32,000 nucleotides of DNA from Acaryochloris thomasi RCC1774 (lineage in GTDB: Bacteria > Cyanobacteriota > Cyanobacteriia > Thermosynechococcales > Thermosynechococcaceae): contig NZ_PQWO01000002.1 in assembly GCF_003231495.1 (NCBI RefSeq), positions 390,001 through 422,000 on the forward strand. Reading direction: 5' to 3'. This document shows, one piece after another, positions 17,129 to 27,290 of the stretch (within the stretch, counting starts at the first letter, position 1; each line of letters starts with the position of its first letter). The notes beneath the pieces were generated by a model. That model did not search any database and was not told where the DNA came from. It saw only the letters and a program-made list of their open reading frames with translations. Position numbers and translations under genes: made by a program.

Positions 17129-18040
17129 ATGTCTAATTACTGGCCGAGTCTGACCCTGGATGCTTGGCAAGCGACCTACGCTACCTTGCACATGTGGACT
17201 CAGATTGTGGGCAAAGTCCGATTGGTACAGACCCCTTGGATTAATCACTCCTGGCATGTACCGCTATATCTTACGGCGCGGGGGCTAACCACTGGCACGA
17301 TTCCCTATGGTAGCCGTGTCTTTCAGATAGACTTTGACTTTATCGATCACCAGCTACAAATAGCAACTATCGAGGGGCAGACGCAGAGCCTTGAGCTGCG
17401 ACCTTGCTCGGTCGCAGATTTTTATCAAGCCCTGATGGCGAGCCTTGCGGCTCTTGATATCAACATCAAGATTAATACGACTCCCAACGAAGTTGCCGAC
17501 CCCATTCCTTTTGAGCAGGATGATACCCACAGCGCCTATGATGCCGAATATGCTAATCGGTGCTGGCGAGTACTGCTCCAGAGTGAGCGGGTCTTTCGTG
17601 AATTCCGCTCCTACTTCAGTGGCAAGGTCAGTCCAGTGCATTTTTTCTGGGGCAGCTTTGACCTTGCGGTGACGCGGTTCTCAGGAAAATCAGCGCCAGA
17701 ACATCCCGGCGGCGTTCCTAATCTGCCTGATGCGGTTGCTAAAGAAGCCTATTCGCAAGAGGTGAGCAGCGCTGGTTTCTGGCCGGGGCTGGGGTTAGGC
17801 TATCCTGCCTTTTATTCCTATGCTTATCCCACTCCAGAAGGTTTCGGTGAGGTCTCGGTTCAGCCTAAAGCAGCCTTCTTCCATGAATCCCTAGGAGAGT
17901 TCATTCTTCCCTATGATTCGGTGTGTGAGGCGGAAGAACCCGAGCAGATGTTGCTAGCGTTTCTCCAGAGCACCTATGAGGCAGCAGCGAGTCTAGCGAA
18001 CTGGGATCAGACAGCCTTACGGCAAACTTGCTTTAAGTAG
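17129..18040 (+). CDS. conserved hypothetical protein (resembles the DUF5996 family as I recall it)
   Basis: 303-aa ORF with N-terminus WQATYATLHMWTQIVGKVRL. The family name is from memory. The coding call rests on ORF length and the lack of competing ORFs. Confidence 0.55.
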   Translation: MSNYWPSLTLDAWQATYATLHMWTQIVGKVRLVQTPWINHSWHVPLYLTARGLTTGTIPYGSRVFQIDFDFIDHQLQIATIEGQTQSLELRPCSVADFYQALMASLAALDINIKINTTPNEVADPIPFEQDDTHSAYDAEYANRCWRVLLQSERVFREFRSYFSGKVSPVHFFWGSFDLAVTRFSGKSAPEHPGGVPNLPDAVAKEAYSQEVSSAGFWPGLGLGYPAFYSYAYPTPEGFGEVSVQPKAAFFHESLGEFILPYDSVCEAEEPEQMLLAFLQSTYEAAASLANWDQTALRQTCFK

Positions 18041-18072
18041 ACAGAGGTTCCATACGTAAAGTTTGGACGCGC

Positions 18073-18420
18073 TTAGGCTAAGTCAAACAGCAAAACTTCC
18101 GCTCCAATCTGAGTCTGAATCTCCAAAGATTTGCTGGCTGTCAGTTGAAGGCCAGCGCCCTCTCGAAGTTCCTCCCCGTTAAGAGAAATAATGCCTCGTA
18201 CAACTTGCACCCAGGCATACCGCTCGGGAGAAATTTGGTAGCCAATTCTGTCTTCTGGTTCGAGTATGGCGGTGTATAGATCGACATCCTGAGAAATTTT
18301 GACGGCGCCGTGGCGGCCATCGTGAGCACCAATGAGGCGAAGTTGACCGTACTTCTCGCCAATCGGGACTTCTTTTTGATCATAAAGCCTCCCAAGTCTT
18401 TGATAGGAGGCTCAATAAGC
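18073..18420 (-). pseudogene. pirin (YhhW-type) C-terminal half only; 5'-truncated remnant with no start codon
   Basis: Not in the ORF track. My reverse-strand translation gives *ASYQRLGRLYDQKEVPIGEKYGQLRLIGAHDGRHGAVKISQDVDLYTAILEPEDRIGYQISPERYAWVQVVRGIISLNGEELREGAGLQLTASKSLEIQTQIGAEVLLFDLA*. This aligns colinearly with the C-terminal ~105 aa of E. coli YhhW (...LSPDARDGSLKVHQDMELY...RVWIQVVKGNVTINGV...SEVLLFDLP). The frame opens only at a TGA about 30 nt below the upstream gene's stop. Confidence 0.7.
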
Positions 18421-18450
18421 TGATGGATTGGGCTAGATATGTTCGCTGGA

Positions 18451-19905
18451 TTATGTTGCCGATTCTAATAACCCACCCTGACGGCGGAATCTTCCAATTG
18501 CCTTCTGGGAGAAATCTTTGAGTCCCTCAAGCTGCTGTTGCGCGACAAATACTCTTTCCATCGTTTTCTTCAGCTTCTCTGGCTGCCAGTTGCTCTCTGG
18601 TGATACTAATTCCAGCGCATTTAGCTCCTGAAAATGCTCTGTTAGGCTGAGACCCGCTACGTGGGTTAAATGAGCTGCACTAACGCCCTGGAGCAAGCCG
18701 CCCGCGACGAAGGTGAAGGCATGTCCCTTTAGTAAAGCGCTCAATGCTTGGGTTGAAATTTCTACTAAACCGAGCTTCAGCATGGCGCTAGCCATTGTGC
18801 TGGCGATCGCTTGGGCCTGATTGACCGAAAACTTGAGCCGGTAAAGACTACCTAAATCCATTACCATTTTGCCGGAGATAGCAGCAGCGGCTAACAGATC
18901 CAATGTCGGAACGGGGTTGGCAAAGGCGGTAGCTCCCGTAATCCACTGGTAGCGCTCAATGATTGGCTGCGCTAATTCGTGACGAGTTTGGTTGAGCTGA
19001 ACTTGAATTTCAGATTGGAGGCTCAGGGTCTGCTGGTATGTTTGCTGCAGAATGAGCTGTTCGGTATCTTCAGCGATGATCTGATTGAGTCGCTGCGTTA
19101 GAGCTTTGATATCTGGCTCGGGAGCTTCCAGGATTTCGTGATAGGAACCGTCTTCTTGGTAGCGGCGGACTTTTATGGGGTTGGGCTGGGATGCGATCGC
19201 AACCACATCAACAACAGATTCTTCACCCTGCAACTGCTGCTTAATCTTTTCCTGTAAGACTGTCCGCTGAGCAGGCAAATACTGGTCCTGCTTATTGAAC
19301 AACACCAGCATCTGCTTTTGGTATGCGTCTAAAGCCTGCAAACATTGGAACTCTGACTGTGTCAGATCGCCCTGAGTCACAAACAGGACCACGTCCGCCG
19401 TTGAGAGGGGCTGCGGAAGCTGCTTAAACGTTCCCAATGTTTCTAGAGCATTGGCAGGGGGCACTGCTTCAGTCAGTAACTGGCTGCTTTCGCTAAAGCC
19501 ACAATTGAACTGCCCTTTAAGCAGATCCAAAACAGTGGATTTGCCCACACCGCTGTTGCCCATCACCGTGAGCTGGAGCGTCTCGCGTTCCAGACCTGTC
19601 TTTACCTCTGTCAACTGTGGCTTCCAGGATTCTGCTGCTTCACCCACCATCTCTTCTAGATGATCAATCAGCGTCTCAGTCTTGGCAAACGTTTTCTGGA
19701 CCGTCTGACGCGTTACCGCCGCCGTCTCCAGAGGCGCAATCTCTTTGCGACCGACCTTCAGCCACACCGCCAGAATGCCCAGCCCCAAGACAAGGCCCGT
19801 GACCATAAAGTCAGAGAAGCCGCGCTCATCTGGTATTAAGAAGTACAGGGCAAAGATAATGGCCCCCGCTCCCCACATCAGACGCTGTTTTGTTTGGGCA
19901 GACAT
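18451..19905 (-). CDS. GTPase-like protein with N-terminal TM segments and a C-terminal DUF697-type membrane domain; switch II is divergent
   Basis: G1 is VMGNSGVGKSTVLDLL and G4 is LFNKQD. The position equivalent to DTPG reads ETLG. The track ORF runs to 20043 but would overlap the tRNA and its terminator, so the likely start is ATG 19905 (MSAQTKQ...) or ATG 19944. Confidence 0.7.
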   Translation of the reverse strand: MSAQTKQRLMWGAGAIIFALYFLIPDERGFSDFMVTGLVLGLGILAVWLKVGRKEIAPLETAAVTRQTVQKTFAKTETLIDHLEEMVGEAAESWKPQLTEVKTGLERETLQLTVMGNSGVGKSTVLDLLKGQFNCGFSESSQLLTEAVPPANALETLGTFKQLPQPLSTADVVLFVTQGDLTQSEFQCLQALDAYQKQMLVLFNKQDQYLPAQRTVLQEKIKQQLQGEESVVDVVAIASQPNPIKVRRYQEDGSYHEILEAPEPDIKALTQRLNQIIAEDTEQLILQQTYQQTLSLQSEIQVQLNQTRHELAQPIIERYQWITGATAFANPVPTLDLLAAAAISGKMVMDLGSLYRLKFSVNQAQAIASTMASAMLKLGLVEISTQALSALLKGHAFTFVAGGLLQGVSAAHLTHVAGLSLTEHFQELNALELVSPESNWQPEKLKKTMERVFVAQQQLEGLKDFSQKAIGRFRRQGGLLESAT

Positions 19906-19980
19906 ACCTGGACCCCTCTCGTATGGGTATATTCTCATCGCCATTCTCGCAGAAATTAGCCCGAAATCGCAGGGTTTGTC

Positions 19981-20021
19981 ACAAAAGAACAGCCCCAGGA
20001 AAGTTAGCTTTCCTGGGGCTG
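19981..20021 (-). terminator. Rho-independent terminator downstream of tRNA-fMet
   Basis: On the minus strand: cagccccaggaaag-ctaa-ctttcctggggctg, a perfect 14-bp stem, followed by ttcttttgt. Confidence 0.6.
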
Positions 20022-20029
20022 TTCGTGCT

Positions 20030-20106
<77 letters not shown>

Positions 20107-20607
20107 TCGTCGCTTAAACAGTATAGCCACAAAGTTGCAAATTTGCCCACTTGTTTTTTTGTGCCTATCTGAATATCAGGAACCCTAAGAATTTTCTAGC
20201 GTTCCGAGCCGCCCGTAGATTTCTTCAATCTGACCATTCTGCAACCCCAGGGCTTCTGTCACCAGTGACAGCCGCTGCCCTTGAATAGTCATGAGCTGAA
20301 CCAATTGCATAATTTGTCCATTCGTTTGAACACTGACGTTCTTTGAGCGCCTCTATTTGCTCAGCTCGTCTGAGATCTGATTCTTGCAAGCTGCGCTGCA
20401 CAGCTGCACGGATAGCATTTGCTCTATCTGTCGCTGAAATTCTTCTTTGGTCATTGCTCTTTCGCCCTGTTCGAAAAGGGACCGGGATGATCGTACCTAA
20501 ATTATAGAAACAGTAGGCCACCTATCCTTTCCTTGCTGAGCAGGCAGGATGCCGAAGACAAGTTCCTCTTGAGGAAGATGCAAAAGCGCAAAAGCGAGTG
20601 AGCTTTC

Positions 20608-21852
20608 CTATCCCGGCCAACGGAGAACAACAACTTCTTCACGCATGTGCTGCTCTGTTCTACTGGAGCGGCGGGTACGAAAGAGATCAATGCTTTCCAC
20701 TTGGTAGCCCAAACCTTCTGCGACCTCTGCAAGGAGCTGGCCTGTACGAATCATGATTTGTAAAAAGGAGGCTTGATCACCGACCACGTAACCCAGCCTC
20801 GCTCCCGGTTTTAGATAAGGCCGTAGTGAAGCAAGGTGGCGCGCCATGCCGCCAAAATAGAGCCGAGTTACCTGCGGATATTTTTTTTCAAATCCTGAGG
20901 TTTTGCCGAGCTCAATGCGACGAGCTTCAATGCGGTCGGCCAGCTCAAGAATGCTGGGATGATTTTGAATCCACACATCATCTTGATCTTCTTTATAGAC
21001 ATTGCGGCTGTTGGATCGCAGCAACCCCTTTTTTAGGTTTCTGAGATCCTCTCCATCCTTAATGAAGCCGAGCAGAACCGTTTCTAGACGAGTCGTGCGG
21101 GTGTAGTCCTTTTCATTGGGATAGGGCGGTGAGGTGAAGACTGCATCAATCGATTGGGGCTGCAAATATTGAGCAACGTCCCGAGCATCGGCGTGATAGA
21201 CAGTCGTTTGAGCGTTTGATTCAGGTGCCATTTGTAGATTCTCTGAGATCGCGGCGACCTCAGCTAGCCAGTGCTTGATCACGGGTGCATCTTCGCGCTT
21301 TTTGCGTTTGACGCCCACCTCTGGCCCGAAATGAAGATTACTGCAGTGCTTGACAATGGCTTTGGCAAACGCAACTCGCCAGTGATCAAAATATGGACTC
21401 TCGACCTGCTGTTCGAGACTTCCTAGCAGCACCAGCGCCCGGTGGAGTGGTCGAGGGCTAATAGAGTTATTCAGCAGCAGCTTTAGGGTCTCAGCAGGCA
21501 GTGTACGCAGCGCCGTCTCTGATTGGTACACTGGCGTTTCCGCCGTCATCATTGCGACTTGCTGGGCTTGAACCATGAGCTGATGCGGGTCAATATCCCA
21601 GGTTGTTTTGACAACGCTCGCTAGATGGGCGACAGGATTGGCCTCAATGCCTACCCCACTAATGCCTCTGAGTTTTGCTTCGACAATTGTTGTTCCGGTA
21701 CCGCAAAACGGATCTAGAAGGATGCTTTGGGACTCTAAACCAAACTTTTCTAGATACTCATTTACTAGATGGGGCGGAAAGGACAGCACAAACCGATACC
21801 AAGCGTGAAACGCGCGGTCTTCGGCAGCAACCATGTTGGCGATTTTACTCAA
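20608..21852 (-). CDS. site-specific DNA methyltransferase (amino-MTase, N6-A or N4-C; SPPY type)
   Basis: The AdoMet motif I is LLDPFCGTGTT, near the N-terminus. The catalytic motif IV is FTSPPYPNEKDY, about 190 aa later, giving an I-TRD-IV (alpha-like) order. The start is TTG 21852 or ATG 21834. Confidence 0.85.
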   Translation of the reverse strand: MSKIANMVAAEDRAFHAWYRFVLSFPPHLVNEYLEKFGLESQSILLDPFCGTGTTIVEAKLRGISGVGIEANPVAHLASVVKTTWDIDPHQLMVQAQQVAMMTAETPVYQSETALRTLPAETLKLLLNNSISPRPLHRALVLLGSLEQQVESPYFDHWRVAFAKAIVKHCSNLHFGPEVGVKRKKREDAPVIKHWLAEVAAISENLQMAPESNAQTTVYHADARDVAQYLQPQSIDAVFTSPPYPNEKDYTRTTRLETVLLGFIKDGEDLRNLKKGLLRSNSRNVYKEDQDDVWIQNHPSILELADRIEARRIELGKTSGFEKKYPQVTRLYFGGMARHLASLRPYLKPGARLGYVVGDQASFLQIMIRTGQLLAEVAEGLGYQVESIDLFRTRRSSRTEQHMREEVVVLRWPG

Positions 21853-22101
21853 GGGTTATTTCAGGTGACGATTGTGGAATCTATTGGCTGTCTCTGTGGC
21901 ATATAAAAAGCGTTGGACCGTGACTATAGCAGAGCGGCTTTCAACGGCTGGGTGCTGGTAGCCTCTGTGAAAAGTTATCTGCAATAGCTCTGGTGACGCC
22001 CCGCTGTGGGCCTATCGCAGACAGAGACTCCGGGTGGGTGACTGTTGCCAAAGCCCGCAAAGAAAGTTTACGTTGTACCGGTTAAATGATAATTTGGATA
22101 G

Positions 22102-23628
<1,527 letters not shown>

Positions 23629-23638
23629 GAGAAAGCGA

Positions 23639-24055
23639 ATGACACTTACTGTCCGGGTTGTTTCACCCGATAAAACCGTTTGGGATTCTTCCGCCGAGGA
23701 AGTGATTCTCCCCAGTACAACGGGTCAGCTAGGCATTCTCTCGGGTCACGCACCGCTGCTATCGGCGCTAGAGATTGGCGTCATGCGGGTGCGACCGGGG
23801 AAAGATTGGGTTGCGATCGCACTCATGGGCGGCTTTGCTGAAGTTGAAAATAACGAGGTCACCATCCTCGTTAACGGAGCAGAGCGTGGCGATACTATTG
23901 ACCGCGACGATGCTCGCAAGGCCATGTCAGAGGCAGATGCGCGTCTGAAAAAGTCTGAGCAAGGCGAAGATCGTCAAGAGCAGTTCAACGCTAAGCAGGC
24001 ATTCAAGCGTGCCCGTGCCCGTCTGCAAGCTTCAGGAGAAGTTGTACAAATCTAG
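23639..24055 (+). CDS. atpC: F0F1 ATP synthase subunit epsilon (atpE in cyanobacterial nomenclature)
   Basis: [51 protein letters not shown] is the canonical epsilon N-terminal beta-sandwich sequence. It starts 10 nt after the beta-subunit stop. Confidence 0.95.
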   Translation: MTLTVRVVSPDKTVWDSSAEEVILPSTTGQLGILSGHAPLLSALEIGVMRVRPGKDWVAIALMGGFAEVENNEVTILVNGAERGDTIDRDDARKAMSEADARLKKSEQGEDRQEQFNAKQAFKRARARLQASGEVVQI

Positions 24056-24083
24056 TTAGGTTTGAGAACTGGTCTCATTTTAT

Positions 24084-24109
24084 AGCCCCGCCAATGGCGG
24101 GGCTTTTTG
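24084..24109 (+). terminator. Rho-independent terminator of the atpB-atpE operon
   Basis: agccccgcc-aat-ggcggggct followed by ttttt. Confidence 0.7.
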
Positions 24110-24145
24110 TGAAATGTTGCCTTCCACTGTTTACAGCATGATGCT

Positions 24146-24925
24146 TCACGACTGTGCTGATTCTCCTGAGTAAGCAGGAGAATTTAAGACGTACTGATTG
24201 AGGCTGTCGGGCACAAAAGAAGTCGCCAATGCCCCGACGTATCCTGCCGTTGGCTTGAGGTCCTGGAGGATCAGCGCTTTGGGCAGGTTCCCACCCTCTG
24301 TAGTGGGGACTGTATTGCGGGTCTGATCTAAGCCCATCGATACATCAAATTGCTCTAAGCCCTGTGCAATGCTGCCTCCCAACGCCTTGATGCAGGCTTC
24401 TTTGCGGGTCCAGAGCTGAAAAAAAACTGCGCATCGTTCTGTCTCTGGTCGATTGAAGAGGGCCTTTTGCTCTCCACAAGTCAAAAATCGCTGCGTAATC
24501 CCTTCGAAGTCTATCCGAGTGCTGATCTGTTCGAGATCAACCCCAATTTCCTGGCCGACCGTCACTGCAATCAACGCTATCCCATGAGAATGAGAAAGAT
24601 TGAATCTGAGATCTAGGGCTTGTCTGCTGTCCGCTGCGAGTCTTGGTTTACCCTTGTCGCCATAACTGAACTGCACGGCGGCGGGCTCAATCTCCAGATG
24701 CTTTGCCAGCAGCCAGCGAAGCTGTCCTCGTACCACCACGAATCCCTGTTGATCGTGGACGTGGATAAATCGTTTGGCTCGCTCTTGCTCGTCTAGGGAA
24801 AGGGTTGACCATAGCTCAGCGCGCTTTGATGCAGAGGTCTCTAATGACAGCTTCCAGACTTGAACTTCCTGGGCTTTTAGTGGGGGAACACCCGTCGTGA
24901 GTTGCCATTCCTGTCTCTGCACCAT
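24146..24925 (-). CDS. 4'-phosphopantetheinyl transferase, Sfp/HetI type
   Basis: KGKP...FNLSHS, GVDLEQI and FFQLWTRKEACIKALG are the three Sfp-type PPTase blocks (the last is the W/F-x-x-K-E-A-x-x-K motif). Confidence 0.85.
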   Translation of the reverse strand: MVQRQEWQLTTGVPPLKAQEVQVWKLSLETSASKRAELWSTLSLDEQERAKRFIHVHDQQGFVVVRGQLRWLLAKHLEIEPAAVQFSYGDKGKPRLAADSRQALDLRFNLSHSHGIALIAVTVGQEIGVDLEQISTRIDFEGITQRFLTCGEQKALFNRPETERCAVFFQLWTRKEACIKALGGSIAQGLEQFDVSMGLDQTRNTVPTTEGGNLPKALILQDLKPTAGYVGALATSFVPDSLNQYVLNSPAYSGESAQS

Positions 24926-25069
24926 GATTCTCCTGACCGCGCCCCTTGGTTATCTTTTATCGTCCGCAGCCTGATGGGGCGCTATATTCCCAAAAAATCA
25001 TCGCAGCCAGTTCCAGAATAGCCCCCATCTTGGGAAAACTAAACACAGTTGTCCCCCAATCTCTGTGCT

Positions 25070-26332
25070 ATGGCATCAGCTCCTTTGCGAGAAAGCCGAT
25101 TAGGTCAAACCCTGACGCGAATCTTTTATCGGTATATTATTCTCATTCTGCTGGGCTGTCTGTGCCTGGGGGCCAGCATTGCTTTAGCCGGAACTGCCTA
25201 TCTTTCGACCCAGCTTATTGAGTCACAGGCGATGCTGCAGGCTCAAGCGACGATCCAGACTGTGCAGCAGGCAGAACAACTCGTGCGCACCTCAAAGCTT
25301 CAATCTGCTCAAGAAGGTGAGTTGGCAGGCATCACGTCCCTCTCGACCTCGCAAAGTAATCGTCCGCGGCTATTCTCCTACTGGAATAAATTGGAGCAGC
25401 AGTCACGGGGGCAGAGCGGTCGCTTCTTTCTCACCTATAGCCCCCAAATCGTCCGCGATTCTCAGAGGGATCAACCCCGAGATCGCTTTGGTACAGAAGC
25501 CCAAAAGTTTCTGCAGACAAATCCTCAGCAGGCTTATTATCGCCAAGATAAGGTGGGCGACCGGCGCTATTTTCGCTACGCTACAACGGTGCAAAATGCC
25601 GATAGCTCACCGCAGATTTTAGAAGTTAATCAGTCCATCGAATCATTGCTGCAGACCAGACAGCAAGGGCTGTTGTGGATGGGGCTAGGCTTGATGGGGG
25701 TTTCAAGCCTCATTCTCGGCAGCATCACTTTTCTGCTGCGGGGGCTGCGCCAGCTTAACCAAACGCTGAGGCTGCGGGTCAATGAGCAAGCCCAGGAGCA
25801 CAGCAAGCTGGCAATAGTGGATGGGCTAACCAAACTGGCAACCCGGCGCCAGTTTGATAAAAGCCTAGAGGCTGAATGGCGGCGGATGCAGCGTCGTACG
25901 CAGGATTTATCGTTGATTCTTTGCAATATTGACTTTTTTGAAGAATTTCAAGAGAACTATGGTCAAGAGGCTGGAGAGATTTGCTTGCGGGTGGTGGCGC
26001 AATCTATTCAAGGCAATATTCACCGCGTGGGTGATTTAGTGGCTCGCTATGATCAATCGTCGTTTGCTATTTTGCTGCCCCATACCAATGAGGTGCAGGC
26101 GGTGCAGATCGTGGCTAAGATTTCTGACGCGGTTTACGGTCTGAAGATTAAGCATTTGCCTTCTCCAGTGAATGCGCGGGTGACGGTGAGTTTAGGGGTT
26201 GCAACGCTGATTCCCAGTGCCCACCGTCAGCCAGAACAGTTGCTGAAGATGGCTAAGATGGCGCTGGTTGCAGCAGAGAAGAAGGGCCACAACTGTTTTG
26301 TGGTGCATACGCCTTCATCAACTCAGGCCTAG
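25070..26332 (+). CDS. membrane-anchored sensor protein with a degenerate GGDEF domain (active site DQSSF; RxxD I-site retained)
   Basis: There are two TM segments flanking a ~190-aa periplasmic region, then a GGDEF fold: DGLTKLATRR, NIDFFEEFQENYGQEAGE, HRVGDLVARYDQSSFAILLP, VSLGVA. The start is ATG 25070 (or TTG 25049). Confidence 0.8.
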   Translation: MASAPLRESRLGQTLTRIFYRYIILILLGCLCLGASIALAGTAYLSTQLIESQAMLQAQATIQTVQQAEQLVRTSKLQSAQEGELAGITSLSTSQSNRPRLFSYWNKLEQQSRGQSGRFFLTYSPQIVRDSQRDQPRDRFGTEAQKFLQTNPQQAYYRQDKVGDRRYFRYATTVQNADSSPQILEVNQSIESLLQTRQQGLLWMGLGLMGVSSLILGSITFLLRGLRQLNQTLRLRVNEQAQEHSKLAIVDGLTKLATRRQFDKSLEAEWRRMQRRTQDLSLILCNIDFFEEFQENYGQEAGEICLRVVAQSIQGNIHRVGDLVARYDQSSFAILLPHTNEVQAVQIVAKISDAVYGLKIKHLPSPVNARVTVSLGVATLIPSAHRQPEQLLKMAKMALVAAEKKGHNCFVVHTPSSTQA

Positions 26333-26940
26333 CTTGCGGCTTCAGACTCTGGGTCGTCGTCTAGAGATTGGGGGGTGATGGCAACCGTGAGGCGGTGGAG
26401 GGCGGCAATATTTGCGATCGCACCGACCAAAATCAGCAGCGGCAATATCTGCCCAGTGAGTAAGCCCAAAATCACCAAAACCATCCGCACGGCTCGACTG
26501 CCAATACTGGCGACCGAGCTTTTGCCCGCCGCTTCGCTTCTGGCCCGAATATAGGGCACCATGGCTGTCCCCAAGAGCGCGAGTAAACCTGCGGCCAAAT
26601 GAGCACGTGGCGAGATCCAGATCAGGGCTGCGAGGATCAAGAAATCGACGTACCGATCTAAAACGCTGTCTAGGATTGCCCCCTCCGTGGAGGTTGTTCC
26701 CCGCTCGCGAGCCAGATCGCCATCAAGGCCATCTAAAAGACCGCTGATAATCACGGCCAGCGCTGCCCACCGAAGCTGTCCTTGAAGAATTAAGCCTCCG
26801 GCCAGCACCCCCCCCACCGCGGCAGAGAACCAGGTGATTCGATTCGGAGTAATCCAGGCCCAGCCTGCAAGCAGGCGGGCCAGTCTGATCGTTAGGATTT
26901 GAACGGTTTGGTCCAGCCATGAAGTCGGAGCGGTGGGCAT
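26329..26940 (-). CDS. CDP-alcohol phosphatidyltransferase family protein
   Basis: DGLDGDLARERGTTSTEGAILDSVLDRYVD matches DG(x)2AR(x)8G(x)3D(x)3D. The protein has multiple TM helices. Confidence 0.85.
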   Translation of the reverse strand: MPTAPTSWLDQTVQILTIRLARLLAGWAWITPNRITWFSAAVGGVLAGGLILQGQLRWAALAVIISGLLDGLDGDLARERGTTSTEGAILDSVLDRYVDFLILAALIWISPRAHLAAGLLALLGTAMVPYIRARSEAAGKSSVASIGSRAVRMVLVILGLLTGQILPLLILVGAIANIAALHRLTVAITPQSLDDDPESEAAS

Positions 26941-26977
26941 GGGGCAGACCTTCTCAATGGATGATCTATCCTATCGC

Positions 26978-27166
26978 CTAGAACCGGAACTTCCTTCTCT
27001 TCTGCCGATGCTTCGCTAACATTTTTCGCTTCCGTTTCTCGATCGGTGTTTCAAAGTGACGATGCTTCCGCATATCCGGGAAAATCCCTGCTTTGGAAAC
27101 CTCTCGTTTAAATCGACGCAAGGCTGATTCGATGCCTTCGCCTTCGCCAGGAGTAATCTGGGCCAT
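26978..27166 (-). CDS. rpsU: 30S ribosomal protein S21
   Basis: [37 protein letters not shown] is the canonical S21 sequence. Confidence 0.95.
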   Translation of the reverse strand: MAQITPGEGEGIESALRRFKREVSKAGIFPDMRKHRHFETPIEKRKRKMLAKHRQKRRKFRF

Positions 27167-27219
27167 CGAATCTCCTCACTCATGGAACAGCATGTGCAAT
27201 GGCTATTTCTAACCTTCCC

Positions 27220-27254
27220 AAAAAACAATAGAGGCGGCAGACACCGCCTCTATT
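27220..27254 (-). terminator. Rho-independent terminator/attenuator between rbp and rpsU
   Basis: On the minus strand: aatagaggcgg-tgtctg-ccgcctctatt followed by gttttttgg. Confidence 0.55.
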
Positions 27255-27290
27255 ATTGGGTTTATTTGATTTGGCGCAAGAAGATATTGT

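Noticed and set aside
18141-18395. 84-aa minus-strand track ORF
   Set aside because: It is an out-of-frame shadow of the pirin remnant. The neighbouring frame gives a clean pirin C-terminal alignment.
22067-22095. Possible sigma70-type promoter upstream of atpB (tttacg ... tgataat)
   Set aside because: The spacing between the -35-like and -10-like hexamers is only ~15 nt or otherwise ambiguous. Support is too weak to list as a feature without TSS data.
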